The notes under the pieces were generated by a model that was not told where the DNA came from, ran no database searches, and saw only the letters and a program-made list of their open reading frames with translations. From Oopsacas minuta (lineage: Eukaryota > Animalia > Porifera), in the NCBI GenBank assembly GCA_024704765.1, contig JAKMXF010000034.1:1-64000 (forward strand): DNA of 64,000 bases, given 5' to 3'. Positions 25,653-35,631 of the stretch are shown here, piece after piece; position 1 is the stretch's first letter; every line of letters begins with the position of its first letter. Position numbers and translations under genes: made by a program.

Positions 25653-28600
25653 GGTTTTGGTCGTGGTGGTCAATGTGTACTTACCATAATAATGTTTTTC
25701 GTATGTTTTGAACATTTCGTGGAGAATTACAGGCCTACCAAGCCAAAGCTACAACCACAACTTCCTCCCCTTCTCCCATAAGATATACGATTATTAAGAT
25801 TACCCATTTCTCCTGTTTAATTCTACAGAAGTGTTATATTTAAATCAGGATTTTTTTTCATTTGTTCTTCAAAATCTTTTTAGAATGTCAATAAATCTTC
25901 TTCTGTGTCTCTGTTAGAAGGTCTCTTCATGCCAAACATTTCCATTTCTAAATCTAACTAAAGTATATTATAATAAATATACAAACTCTGCTTAATCGGG
26001 ACACATTGGTTCAGGGCATTTTTGTCTGATTAAGCGGAGTTACCAATTAACCGAAGAATTGCTATTAATAATGCTATGTAGCAGCATTTCTCTATTTTTC
26101 AATGAAAGTTCCCCCACCCAAAGTACAAAACTTGAAATTTTCGGATCATTTTGGGTCGGAGGTTTGCACCTCGTATATGAATTTTTCTAAAGTGACTATT
26201 CACACCTTCCTATGTAAAATACAAAACACGTTGTCAGGGGTAATTGGGTGTGTAGAGTCCGATTTTGAGATTTTCAGAGTCTGAAAGTTATACATTAACA
26301 GATTTATCATATGATTACTTCATATTGTCACACCTTTGCATATTATTCAAAATCATGCCAGACATTTCGTGTTAACTGCTAGTAAAGGGGGTAGTCGAGT
26401 ATATAGATTCCAAATTTGACATTTTAATACTATGGATAATTCGGGATAATGATTTATCGTTTCTAAACAGCGTGTGTTATTTCGCTAAACGTGTAGTGTT
26501 TTTGTTACACAAGAGTGCAGTAAGACGTTACTACAGAATGTTATCCCTTCTCTTAACAAAAATAGTACAGTGGAACCCCGCTTAACGGCTACCCCGGAAT
26601 AGCGGCTACAAAGTCCCATTCCAGATGACATTGACATCAATTTATTCCACAATTACGGCCATATTTTTCGGTCCCATAGATGACCGTAATGCCGAGTTTC
26701 CATTGTACGTATTATGACTGCTATCCTAGTGTACGTCTTATCCGCGCTCTAATGTATCCCCAAACATTGGAATAATCCAAAATTCCACATATGAGAACAG
26801 CAATTATTCTCATGTAAATAAGTGAAAAGTCCTCTCAGAAAAGAGTAAAGAGTGAAAATAAATAATCCTTGGTGTACCTTGTAACGTGTATAATGTTATT
26901 CATGCTGAATAGGTATAGATATGCCATCTTCTCCAACGAATAGCTCGTATATTAATCCTTTCCTGCTGACACCAGATGAATACGTTTTCAGGAGAACAGG
27001 TTCATCACCGATTGAGAAATAAACCTCTGTGCCTTCATCACTAAATTCTGACTCTACATCTAGTAAAATGCCGTCCACATATATCTCGAGTGTTATCTTA
27101 TCTAAAGTAACACGATGCTTCACCTTACCCAATTCAGGCGTCCATACTATTAATGACTTTTTCATTGACTGTACAAACTTATCTAAAGGTTTTCCGTTCA
27201 CGTATAGAGTATATTCAAAATTCATTCCATTCGGTTCAATACTCAGAATAATTTTCTTTTCTCCAATTTTGAATTCTTGAAATCCAACGAGAGCTATCAT
27301 CCAATTCTTTCTGTATATTTCTTTCCCATTCACAGTTATAACTCTCTTTCCTGAAATAGTCCCGTGTACAAGTTCAACTACGTGCATATTGTCTGCTAGT
27401 AGTAAATTCCATCTGGCAGATGGCGTCTCCTTGACAACTGAAGAAAGTTGAGCCATTTTATTTGTTTGGTTCTTGATTCGATCCTTAAATGAGCTGGAAA
27501 TAATTGTTTATATTAAAACAGTAACCTAGATAATTATTGCTATATTAAAAAGCTGTCCCTGTTCCAGATAATTAAATACAATACAGCGACACTGAAGGAC
27601 ACTTCGAGAAGCGGACAAGTCCACAGCCCTGCCCCCCACTGTAGTACAGTAATCATTATAACGATAGATTACTACATAGTACAATAGTAATATCTTCTAT
27701 CCTAATATTGTATTAAGCTTACACCATAGGCCAGTGGTAGGGTATTAGTATTGTTGATTGGACAATCACGATCGCGATCTGTTTTTGACGATCGGAGGAT
27801 GATCGCTGATCATTTTATAAACAGTGATCGAGTGTAAGAACGCGATCAAAATGATCGTGATTGTGATCGCGATCCTTTTTGGTGCAAGGTTCGGAATCAT
27901 GATCTCCTATCATTTTATTGAACGATCAGGATCGCGATAATTAATTTGGTGATCGACTAATCCCCTAGCCCAGTGGTTCTCAAATGGTGTGCAGCTGCAC
28001 AATAGTTTCTTCGCAACGAAAATGTCTCTGGTATAACACTAATTAGTTCCCAGGGGGTCACACGAATGATGAATCGTTGCGAAATTATCAACAAAAATAT
28101 TCAGAATAAGATGGGTAACAACAAAACGACATAAAATACTAATAAACTCACTGATTTGTAGAAGTTCCAGATTTGGTTCCGAGTTTGCCTTTCTTCGAGA
28201 GAAGTTTGAAGTATTATGACCCTGAAGTAAAGGCTGAAGTACGAGACAATAGAGAAAAGAATAGAATAGAATTCAGTACTGTTGGAGAACTGGCCTGTGC
28301 AATCGAGGACAAATGTTTAGCTAGTAGTGCTGATAGGAATAATCACAGTCAAGAAATTAAGCTACTCAGGTAATTGTTTTAATAATTAATGTAGGCAAAC
28401 TGGCAAAGATTGAAAAGAAGGAATACAATAGCAATTAATAATAACCTCTGTGAATTACGGATACAGGTTTCTTTGTTGGTAGAACCCAAACAGAGTGAAG
28501 GCAATTTCAGGACGTAAGGTGTATTTTAGTGGGACTGTCATAAAATGGAACCTGTATAATCCGACACTAGTTGGCACATGGAAATCGTGTCGGATTATGC

Positions 28601-30026
28601 AGGTTCACTCAATACAATGGTCCATTGCATTGTATTAACATCAGCCTGTTCTACCAGCAAGCAGGATTTTGGCTTAATTAATGAAATATCTGGATTAATT
28701 CGCTCGAATTTATCCTGAAGCAACACCAAAGAAGGTGAATATTCAAAAGTTCCAACAGCTTTTTCAATCTATATTACCGCAATAATATACAATACACTAA
28801 ACCCTACGCTTAATAGAGCCAACACCTTTATTCCGTTTAATCGAGTCAAAATGGCCTGGTCCCGATGTGACACTATTAAGCGGAGTCTACTGTATTACGA
28901 AAATTTCACTGCGGTACCTCAGTGTACGTATAACGAATGCATGGATATAGCCTTGATCTTGCTAAGGTCCACTGAAGATTAGTGTACTGATCTCTGAATA
29001 GGATAGATATACGTATTTAATTATTGTTGGTTTAGATTTTCTAGTCACACAGACAATTTCGGTTTACTACCTCTCTATCCTCCTGTCCCTGAGAGATATT
29101 GGACATGGCACAGATGTCACAATCATTATCACTCTATGGAAGTTTTCGTTTCCTATCATTTGTTAGATACAGATGGTAACAGAGTTGCAGAGGGACATAA
29201 AGCTAGCTTCTGTTTAGAAGACAGTTCCTGTGTTAACTCAGAAGATCGTTATTTCTACTGTGATGAAGAGCAAGGCATTTCTGTTAATTGCGGAGATCAT
29301 TATGGAGCTGAGTTAGATTGTCAGTGGATTGACATAACAACTGTACCACCTGGTAACTATAAAGTCGAAGTGAGTGAATTCGCGGCAACCCTGCCAAGCC
29401 CGTTTCAGTGAAATTAAGTTAGTAAGGCCATTGACGCACCGCTTCCAACTGCCATGCGTACTACTTTTAGGGGACTCGCTTATCAATTAAAAATTGACAT
29501 ACTGACCCTTATTAGCAATTTCGTAGTTTGTACTGATTGCCAGTCAACTCGTCCCTTGTCAACTCAACATCAAGGGGCGTAACTCCTCTGATCAACAGCT
29601 GGAGGCGCGTGTAGGACTAGTACAAGAAAACTCTGGGTCCACTGTTATGACAGAAATTGCCCTCTATATTATTATTTAATATTTAATCATGGATGCTGGA
29701 TATCGAGTTGACCAAAATTAACACAATTATTGCCCAAAATAGCTACGAGTTAACTAAAAGTAATAGGTGCGAGTTGACTGGCTCCCATTGTAGTTGATAC
29801 TTATGCTCCCGTGATGTATGAATGTACCAAAGTTTGTGAGAGCAGAGAGTCACATAGCCCTGTATTAGTTACCTATGAATATATCATATAGGTAACAGTA
29901 AACCCTGTGAAGAGCATCATGGAAAGTAACTACGAGAACAATGTTCTCTCTTGTATGATAGAACTTGATGAAGATGGTTTCTATACAACGGATAACTGCC
30001 TACACTCAGGTAAATTATATAGCTAG
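7962..30026 (+). CDS. LOXL2: Lysyl oxidase-like protein (signal peptide, 4 SRCR, LOX catalytic domain), 8 exons, 737 aa
   Basis: Hand-spliced exons 7962-8409, 8508-8914, 9385-9729, 10797-10950, 12124-12306, 28162-28369, 29036-29369, 29892-30026. All introns are GT-AG with matching phases (1,0,0,1,1,2,0), giving 2214 nt of open frame. The symbol denotes the LOXL2/3/4 architecture, not proven orthology. Confidence 0.85.
9988..10431. repeat. Foldback element with ~110-bp inverted arms in LOXL intron 3
   Basis: 9988-10098 is an imperfect reverse complement of 10319-10431, e.g. AAGAAGGTGATTGAATTGGAA / TTCCAATTCAATCACCTTCTT. Confidence 0.75.
14799..16178 (+). CDS. MFS transporter, SLC18B1-like, intronless, nested in LOXL intron 5
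   Basis: About 12 hydrophobic segments. GPPVGSILYDKIG and SIGESFGPIVGG resemble SLC18-family motifs. The first ATG is at 14799 (the track starts at a GTG). Confidence 0.82.
   Translation: MTRKQIDQIFDKTVIISTKLTKAVFTITCLCLLTLIYMGVMLHYVSYPFIAKSKGLSHTEVGIIMGVFPFVNILTFPISGVLTNKMNVQLTFAISSLVQCILFSLFAFVPSMERIPFEIYSFLFPIIFSFPVSFFYNSTYALLQQVFPRHATLILTIQYVFFSSAYLMGPPVGSILYDKIGFMNMFLDFSAAGILLSFVAILILYFSPINTKIKKKIEKPESFLIFRILSTPSISLNLLFTFLSASYYFYFLPVIGPYLASRYGVSIVTVGLLFMVAEVSHLVIALPLGYVLNRSSNPPYYFIIMSGIIIHAIGIFLYAPSSILFSLSGNFLPICFVGSSCIGIGFALAYVPTMSVSLNRGQNTFPSCPTSTNTIISGLMTGTYSIGESFGPIVGGIISEFIRLDVTTFYLSLSLASVSILAFIAMFFNREHELLFNLIRKQFSYIVKSEDAETLRLIK
16518..16587 (-). repeat. tRNA-derived SINE head or tRNA pseudogene
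   Basis: The minus strand has an A-box-like TGGCGTAGTTG and a B-box GGTTCGAATCC at tRNA spacing, but the acceptor stem does not pair. Confidence 0.55.
16978..18048 (+). CDS. HS3ST: Heparan sulfate glucosamine 3-O-sulfotransferase-like (type II Golgi protein), nested in LOXL intron 5
   Basis: N-terminal TM anchor; 5'-PSB GFGKAGTRAL; EVNYFD; EKSPSY; 3'-PB RDPLERAVSEY; C-terminal CLGKSKGRIHP. Confidence 0.88.
   Translation: MLTRFIFNSRNKWCYIGVAILVIFCIFIYIIPSGNGKVKNYEVDIFDLFNREPNQLANLNITCRDSPLDKYNCYSLSTSRLANRFPRILIIGFGKAGTRALLNFLHLHPSITGPPVEVNYFDKYYDKESLQSYLETFPPINENISNIEKSPSYIISPGTPYRLSSVISALDIPKESIKLIVLMRDPLERAVSEYLEWVIQRTREFQSLSSFDEMVFNSETLPKFITTSEYDIHVSSWLKYFPLEQFCFVDGDLFIEDPFPVLQELEICLGIKAHYKRTDFVFDHGKGFFCVNDENSIQCLGKSKGRIHPEIEEETRKYLRKHFKSHNLRLEKLIHKEFTWARKDKNILKRFLSKVF
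18412..18446 (+). repeat. Interspersed repeat motif GCTTCGCTTGCTCGCGCT..GCGAACACT; second copy at 25168-25203
   Basis: A GC-rich motif shared by two sites in an AT-rich background, typical of small non-autonomous element ends. Confidence 0.55.
18878..19723 (+). CDS. NHL-repeat beta-propeller protein, nested in LOXL intron 5
   Basis: Repeated NHL blades: LPVGIAL...FVCD...IQVY; KPCGIT...LYVTD; FPRSVTCD..GDVYVTD.GNLRIVVY; NPCFFCVD..GNFVIND. Start codon uncertain. Confidence 0.85.
   Translation: MYHITRMESLVKKGKLLFSEKNEPEFQFGKRGTEFDMITLPVGIALNSKETVLFVCDILSQKIQVYTIDGYFMTSFGTDHLKKPCGITMYGNRLYVTDVRAHSLLMFGNYGVKATGKCGIRIGELQFPRSVTCDSKGDVYVTDCGNLRIVVYSGELELKRIIASGQTWTPIDSRIFHKEIIVLSQHAPFIRCINLVDNSERNIYEVDKNVKNPCFFCVDKFGNFVINDAGSKRIVITNPRGELLKIIDEGSSGSFMFGTQITSYNKIIVALCAGRKTISVI
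20138..21194 (+). repeat. Direct copies of an interspersed repeat (20138-20297 and 20991-21194) flanking the Rab gene; third copy at 26196-26338
   Basis: Shared blocks TTTTGGTGATTAATCAT.TTTTCACACCTTTCTATGT, GGGG.AATTGGGTG.GTAG.GTCC.ATT and CATATGATT...ATATTTTCACACATTT. Confidence 0.7.
20389..20982 (+). CDS. Divergent Rab-family small GTPase, nested in LOXL intron 5
   Basis: G1 GDCGVGKTS, G3 WDTQGQE, G4 NKCD, G5 ETSAK and C-terminal CLC (CXC prenylation). Switch I is degenerate. Confidence 0.88.
   Translation: MYRHAFKCILIGDCGVGKTSLRDVFLSKEYRSYHFCSEHFFSKELRIDNENIKLQIWDTQGQERYLLLPQVYYWGVDAVMLTYDITNFQSFDNLREKWNKDVCSKYTQCILVGNKCDLEVKRAVDSTTAMEFAESLKIPFIETSAKWSINVEQAFVLMAAMIMKKLPENESDTFDFNNIMLNSDSRDTNNIYARCLC
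21374..25133 (-). CDS. RPAP1: RNA polymerase II-associated protein 1; one +1 frameshift at 24561-24567; nested in LOXL intron 5
   Basis: RPAP1 N motif IHSENI-x-RLKQMTKEEILEEQEKLRASLDPNLLNFL spans the two ORFs. Also RFNFEGQ...GLFHHGDE..RPGYTLEELVHL..S....Q, and C-terminal FTSVSFGDPTYAQFILLPL. Confidence 0.88.
25617..25650. repeat. (GTT)n microsatellite
   Basis: About 11 tandem TTG/GTT units. A similar (ATT)n run lies at ~2900-2927. Confidence 0.9.
25840..25970 (-). pseudogene. Degenerate duplicate of the RPAP1 5' end
   Basis: Near-copy of ~25028-25160. The Gln codon CAA has become TAA (LLKFQKDF to LLTF*KDF). Confidence 0.75.
26568..26705. mobile_element. TA-flanked Tc1/mariner (pogo/Tigger-like) MITE
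   Basis: TA|CAGTGGAACCCC ... GAGTTTCCATTG|TA imperfect TIRs. Confidence 0.65.
26896..27456 (-). CDS. FAIM: Fas apoptotic inhibitory molecule, nested in LOXL intron 5
   Basis: HGTISGKRVITVNGKEIYRKNWM, EYTLYVNGKPL, EFSDEGTEVYFSIG and SSG..RKGLIYEL match both FAIM1 beta-sandwich domains. Confidence 0.92.
   Translation of the reverse strand: MAQLSSVVKETPSARWNLLLADNMHVVELVHGTISGKRVITVNGKEIYRKNWMIALVGFQEFKIGEKKIILSIEPNGMNFEYTLYVNGKPLDKFVQSMKKSLIVWTPELGKVKHRVTLDKITLEIYVDGILLDVESEFSDEGTEVYFSIGDEPVLLKTYSSGVSRKGLIYELFVGEDGISIPIQHE
27738..27966. mobile_element. GATC-rich hAT-like MITE
   Basis: Termini TAGGGTATTAGT / ACTAATCCCCTA. 14 GATC sites counted within 27770-27954. No clean TSD. Confidence 0.5.
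28162..30026 (+). CDS. Exons 6-8 of the LOXL gene: lysyl oxidase catalytic domain
   Basis: PDLV...LACAIEDKCLASSA...LLR|FSS; Cu-binding WTWHRCHNHYHSM; LTQ Lys in VAEGHKASFCLED; LTQ Tyr in CGDHYGAELDCQWIDIT; VNP....ESNYENN. Confidence 0.93.
29539..29782. mobile_element. MITE with perfect 13-bp TIRs in LOXL intron 7
   Basis: GCCAGTCAACTCG ... CGAGTTGACTGGC. Confidence 0.55.
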
Positions 30027-30345
30027 AACAAGTAAACTTATAATACGACATCCTCGCCCCGTATTTATCGCTGAATTAGATCGATCTAGATAATAGTGAA
30101 GTCTGTGAACTAGTGACAGTAATATTCATGTGGTAGCCATTTATAGCGAGCTGAAATAAGTTTCTAAATGACCTATGAGGCTATGACAGAATTGTAGCAA
30201 AACTATCTCAAATAATGCTTAATCAGTTACTATACAACCACTTGGCTTAAATTCCTCGTGATTATCAAAATCTAGGTAGATATAGCTATGATAAAGTGTA
30301 TGTGATAATCAGCTGTAATCAGATAGAATAGAATAGAGTAGAAAT

Positions 30346-31371
30346 TCACATTTCTAAGTCAGAATCCATTACGTCTTGTTCTTGGTCACTTTCTTGCGAA
30401 ATTTCTCCCTCGTTGGTGTCTTCATTCAAGAGAATATACTCACGACTACTAAAGCCGAATCTCAACATGTCAGTAGCTCTCAATTCGATGTATCTTTGTG
30501 GTTCTATCCTTTTATTATTCACGTATGTTCCGTTTGTAGAATTGAGATCGATTATATACAGAATTATTTGTTTACACTTTACTCCGTCAGTTGTCTCAGT
30601 ATCGACTAGTCTGTACTGTAGAACTGCGTGTTGTTTTGAACATGAAGGGTGATGGACAGGGAAGTCAGTGATAGCTCTATCTCTGCCAACAAGATACGCA
30701 CTCTGTCTGTGAATGTATAGAGTTGGGAGGGATTCGTCACCCTTGAATGGGTACAATCTCCATCTCTTCTTTGGCATCCTTGCTTCTGGAGGCTCCGTAT
30801 ACTTAATTACAACTCCCTTGTATGTGTTTGTATCTTCTGCTAATTTACCTGAGAGGGCGAAGTTTGGTTTTTTAGTTTCCTCTTTTTTCGCGATCTTTTT
30901 CTCATCACCATTACTCCAGTCCCAGTTCTCAGTACGTTTTCCATCTGATCTTGATCCATTCCTTTCCAATTCCTGTTTGGGACTTGTAGAGACGAAACTT
31001 TCCTTATAGCGGTGTCTCGAACTGCTAGGTGAGTATATGTTACTCCGTCTAGATTTCTCAGATCTGCCATTGTTCCTCTCCCGTCTGGGTGGGGATCGAG
31101 AGCGACTCCTGTCTCTGTCTCTCCTTTCGTGGGTCTTCCCTTCCTCCCCTCTGAATCGAGATGTCTCTCCTCTGTATGTTTGTGACCGTGGGCCTACGTC
31201 ATGTTTGTCCTGTTCTGTTCTAACTGGCGACCTAATTTGTCTAATTTCCTCGACACTCTTGGAACTCTCGCGATTTTGTCGAGCTGACGAAAGTCGCGAA
31301 GAGATCCGGTCATACAGTTTATGTTCTACCTCATCAAATCGAGGTTTACTACGAATCGAGCTATGAGTCAT
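30346..31371 (-). CDS. SNIP1: Smad nuclear-interacting protein 1 (RS-rich N-terminus, FHA domain; RES complex)
   Basis: KPNFALSGKLAEDTNTYKGVVIKYTEPPEAR, HRQSAYLVGRD, HPSCSKQHAVLQYR, DLNSTNGTYVN. Confidence 0.95.
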   Translation of the reverse strand: MTHSSIRSKPRFDEVEHKLYDRISSRLSSARQNRESSKSVEEIRQIRSPVRTEQDKHDVGPRSQTYRGETSRFRGEEGKTHERRDRDRSRSRSPPRRERNNGRSEKSRRSNIYSPSSSRHRYKESFVSTSPKQELERNGSRSDGKRTENWDWSNGDEKKIAKKEETKKPNFALSGKLAEDTNTYKGVVIKYTEPPEARMPKKRWRLYPFKGDESLPTLYIHRQSAYLVGRDRAITDFPVHHPSCSKQHAVLQYRLVDTETTDGVKCKQIILYIIDLNSTNGTYVNNKRIEPQRYIELRATDMLRFGFSSREYILLNEDTNEGEISQESDQEQDVMDSDLEM

Positions 31372-33389
31372 AGATAGGAAAAAGGTTAGTCAAATGTTGG
31401 AATCGAAAAACGTAAAATAGAAACTCGAAGCAGAGACTGTAATGCAACAATAGAGTTATATATGGTTTTATTAGAATTGCTATAATAGCCTATCTCCATA
31501 GAAGCTGTATATGCAGCTTTTTGAAATCTTCTGTGGTTTGTACTGAAAGAACCAATTCATAATTTTTGCAGAGCTTTATTCTGATTTGTAACAAAATTAG
31601 TTCATTGATACTTATCTTATCTAAAAGGAAGTATATATACGTAATATTATTTTCATTACGTCATATTTCTTTACAAATATCTGGTAATATAATAAGTAAT
31701 ATAATTCGAGGGAGAGATTTGAGTACAAGGTCTAAATATTGCTTCAGTCTAGCTATTTGTTTCGACATATTTGTAATGGACTAAAGTTATTCTCCTGATT
31801 ACTGAGTGTTGTCTCAGGGTATCTCAATGCGTTTATTCATGTATCTGTCTATTTGCTTATATTGTTTGTGTGTCCGTGTTTACAATTCGTCGCAAAAGTT
31901 TGCAAAAAAGGCATTTAGTTATGCTTTCTCAATTTCTTGATTACTATAGCACTTATTTGCGTTTTAACTTTTCTATACATGTATGACATTGTACAAGCTG
32001 TTTATACTCACATGTATTGAGATTGGATCTTCCCCCAATAACATAAGACATAGGATTATCCTATAACTGACTACCTCAATACGTTTTCATATAACACAGA
32101 AATCTTAATTTCGCATGTACGAACTTGCCCCAGCCAAGTATAAAGCTCTTCAGTTTCAACTCAATTAGTGGATACACTGCAATTAAACTCATAACTATTG
32201 TCCAATATTGATATATTTATTGTATTTTGGCAGAACTTTTGTCTGTTGTCTTTAAATTAAGGAACCTAACCCCCACTATTCTTATTAAACTATAGTCTTT
32301 CCGTTCGCGTTCGACAATCCTTCATTCAGAATTTTTAGGAACGTAACCCCGCGAACGCTTGTATCTGATTATTTACTCAGTATTTATTGTATTGTTATAT
32401 TTAGCTCACATTCTTGAAGGAAAACAAGAAAAAGTGGAATTGTAATACAATAATAATTATTTATGTACAATGTCATTGACAAATTCTATTTATAGTATTC
32501 ATTTCTCAGTTTTATACTATTCTGTTAGTGTTTATTATTAATTATCATACATTTTGAGTTATATTTTTGTACATTAAAATGCATTATAGTAGATGGGTAA
32601 TTTACAGTCAGCACTTGAATTCATCATGTTGCACTATACTGAATATGATGAAAAGTTGCCAGGTGTGGACAATATTAGTTGAATCAGGTCCGGGTTTTCG
32701 GGTCGGGTTCTGTTAAGTGAACTCTACTCCAAATCTGTGGACAATTGACAATATATTCTTTCTATTTTCTGCCAGAATTCTGAATTATACATTCATTGAA
32801 CTACCCAGGCTTGCACTGGTTTAGTTATTTCAATTTTGACAACTGATTTATACTAATTTCGGGGTGCCGATGGCGATTTTGAAGTCCAAAATTGGAAATA
32901 TTGAATTCAGTATACGTGTGTGATCATTAATATATTGGGTGGATTTTTGAACTATAATGTTATGGGTCTCAATAAAAAGCGAAATGAGCTCTGTGTAAGA
33001 AAAACTGACCATTTTATCATGGAAATAGGACATAACAACAACAACAAAACAATCTCAAAAAATATTATTTATGGCGTGCAAAATGAATAATTTTACGAAT
33101 ACAGAGCCGATTCTGTTTCTAATTAACCACAAATGCTTTGTAGTTATAAATACATTAAAATTGTTGTCATACTTTAGAAGTAGTTTTCAAAATTGGAAAT
33201 TTTACAATTTTGTAATTAGAAAAACATAGAATTGTGAGGTGATGGCGGAAAATAGACTTCAAATTCGGAATCAGCAGGTCTGAAAGCCTATAAAATGTTT
33301 GATATAATACAAACAACAACGAAAAGTTAAAAATTGTAGATTCTTCTATTCACACTATCAATCATTTATATACATGAATAGCGTTAATA

Positions 33390-34214
33390 ATGACATCATT
33401 TGATACAGATAGAGGATGTGAGCTGTTAGTAGATTATACAGAGAGAATAAGACCTGTTATGAACATACAAGGGTCGTACACTAAGAACCAATCCAGTATA
33501 GCAGTAGACAATACAACTGATAATATCTATATTGCAGATATATATGTCTACCAAGTGAGAGTATTCGATAAAGATGGCGAATTTCTATTTAAGTTTAGCG
33601 ATAGAAACGGATTATATAAGATGAATTATCCCAATCGAATAGCAATTTCTAAAGAGTTTGTATTAGTAAATCAATATACTAGTAGATATGAGTGGATTCT
33701 AGCTTTTGATTTAAATGGGAATTTTATTACAAGAATTGGAAAACCAAAAGAAGACGCAAGGACATACGGTATTGCTATCAATGATATTTATGGAGATATC
33801 TATGTATGTGATCTTTTTAACGATAGAGTACAGATATATTTAGATGAATATCCTTTTTTATCTGAGATTAAAATTTCAAACCCATACGGGATATTATGCG
33901 ACAAGGATAATATATTCATAACGTCTACTCAAAAACCTTCTCTTCATGTTTTTAAGTACGACTTGACTCCGGTCCAGGACGATTACTACGATTTATTCAG
34001 CGAGCTATTCATAAAACTTAATGATTTTGTGATAGATAGAGCTGGTAATATTATTGCCACTAATCTTGAATCCAACTGTATTTCCATACTTAATAGAAGA
34101 GGTCATATCATTCACAAGATAACGGAGGATATATCTATCCCAATTGCATTAGCATTAGATTCAAAAGGAAGGATTATTGTTGTTGATTTTCGAAAACATA
34201 TTTTGATATTCTGA
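33390..34214 (+). CDS. NHL-repeat beta-propeller protein
   Basis: IAVDNTTDNIYIAD, YPNRIAI, YGIAINDIYGDIYVCD..NDRVQI, IPIALALDSKGRIIVVD. Confidence 0.85.
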   Translation: MTSFDTDRGCELLVDYTERIRPVMNIQGSYTKNQSSIAVDNTTDNIYIADIYVYQVRVFDKDGEFLFKFSDRNGLYKMNYPNRIAISKEFVLVNQYTSRYEWILAFDLNGNFITRIGKPKEDARTYGIAINDIYGDIYVCDLFNDRVQIYLDEYPFLSEIKISNPYGILCDKDNIFITSTQKPSLHVFKYDLTPVQDDYYDLFSELFIKLNDFVIDRAGNIIATNLESNCISILNRRGHIIHKITEDISIPIALALDSKGRIIVVDFRKHILIF

Positions 34215-35631
34215 TTTCATTAAATTGCTATTTATATATTTATTTGTATTTATTTGTATTTATAAATTGCTTATTTATGGGAGTTTGAAACCGCACAGAC
34301 TAAATACCAACATTCATGAATTTCCTTAGCGAATCCTCATACGAATACTGATATATTCGGTATTGATTAGACGAATACTGAATATTGATCAGTTGTAACC
34401 TTGAATATTTATATGAAATTATTTGAAACTTTTGAGTTTTCAATTTAATATTCTGACAGTATTCCCTACATTAACTTATTTCAGATCCTCAAGATGAATA
34501 TTTATTTTCTTTCAATAGTACAGATGAGATTGTCATTCAGCATTTAGTCGCATTAATTAACACACAGATATTCAAATTACGTAGAAATACATCTGTCGGT
34601 TGCAGTGTGCTTGGATGAAAGCTAATATGAACGATTACAGCTGTGAAGAGGTATTATTTTCTACGATTCAACGAAACTACAATACCTTATTTTCTTGTCC
34701 ATCGATTACAAATATTCAATTATACGAATTTATGCCAATTGTAGAACATACAATGAATAACTTTTTCACAATTACTGCTACATTTCCAATAATTACCTCT
34801 TATGATATTCTCGTTATTTCCTAACCAATAGGCATGTTTACTTATTTACATAAGTTTAGGATGTCCAATAAATAATGATAATTGTGTGTAACAGTTGGTG
34901 AATCTTAAGAACAGCTGATATTTGGTTTGTAAACAATATTATATAATAGAATTTGTTAGTACGTATTTTAATTTGTGGACTAAAACATAATTAGCTTGAA
35001 TATTACAAAGCAGATAGAAATTACCAAGTTTGTAATTTATCAAATAGAATATTTCTATAAATACTTGATGTTTAACTTTTTTGACATTTCAATCTCTTAA
35101 CATTAATTAAACCATAGAAGACTCGACACGCGCACGATTTCCCTAAAGGTCATTCAGATTCAAGTTTGGATTTGTATACGGTATGCAATAAATTAGTAAT
35201 GATGATTTACCTGAGGCATGTTGGGTAAATGTAGATGTCCTAGTCTCCTTGCTACTGGTCTCCTGGTGGACTTTCACTGTGCTCATGACACTCTAATTTA
35301 TCCATTTTCCTTAGCAAAATTGTGCGGTTAGAGTTTTTGGAACTATATCCACACCAGAGGTACGTAGCGTACAATATCCATGGATATCACCAAGACGTCG
35401 ATATTTTGGAGTAGAACATAGAGATAAATGAGCTGGTTATATTCTGTGCGGCTATAAAATGAATATTTTGTGCCTTGTTGTTATAGCTATGCAGAAATGT
35501 TATGGAGGTAGTCGAATGGAGACGAATTAAGTTTTCAAACTCCAGTGACCTGATATGTAAATAATACTTATCACAATATACATCTATAACTATTGATTAA
35601 TTTCACTGTTAGCCAACTTTCTAATTGATAA

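Noticed and set aside
30376-31366. Plus-strand ORFs over SNIP1 and similar short antisense or alternative-frame ORFs over the Ig, NHL, MFS, RPAP1 and Rab genes
   Set aside because: These are shadow frames of real genes with no recognisable motifs.
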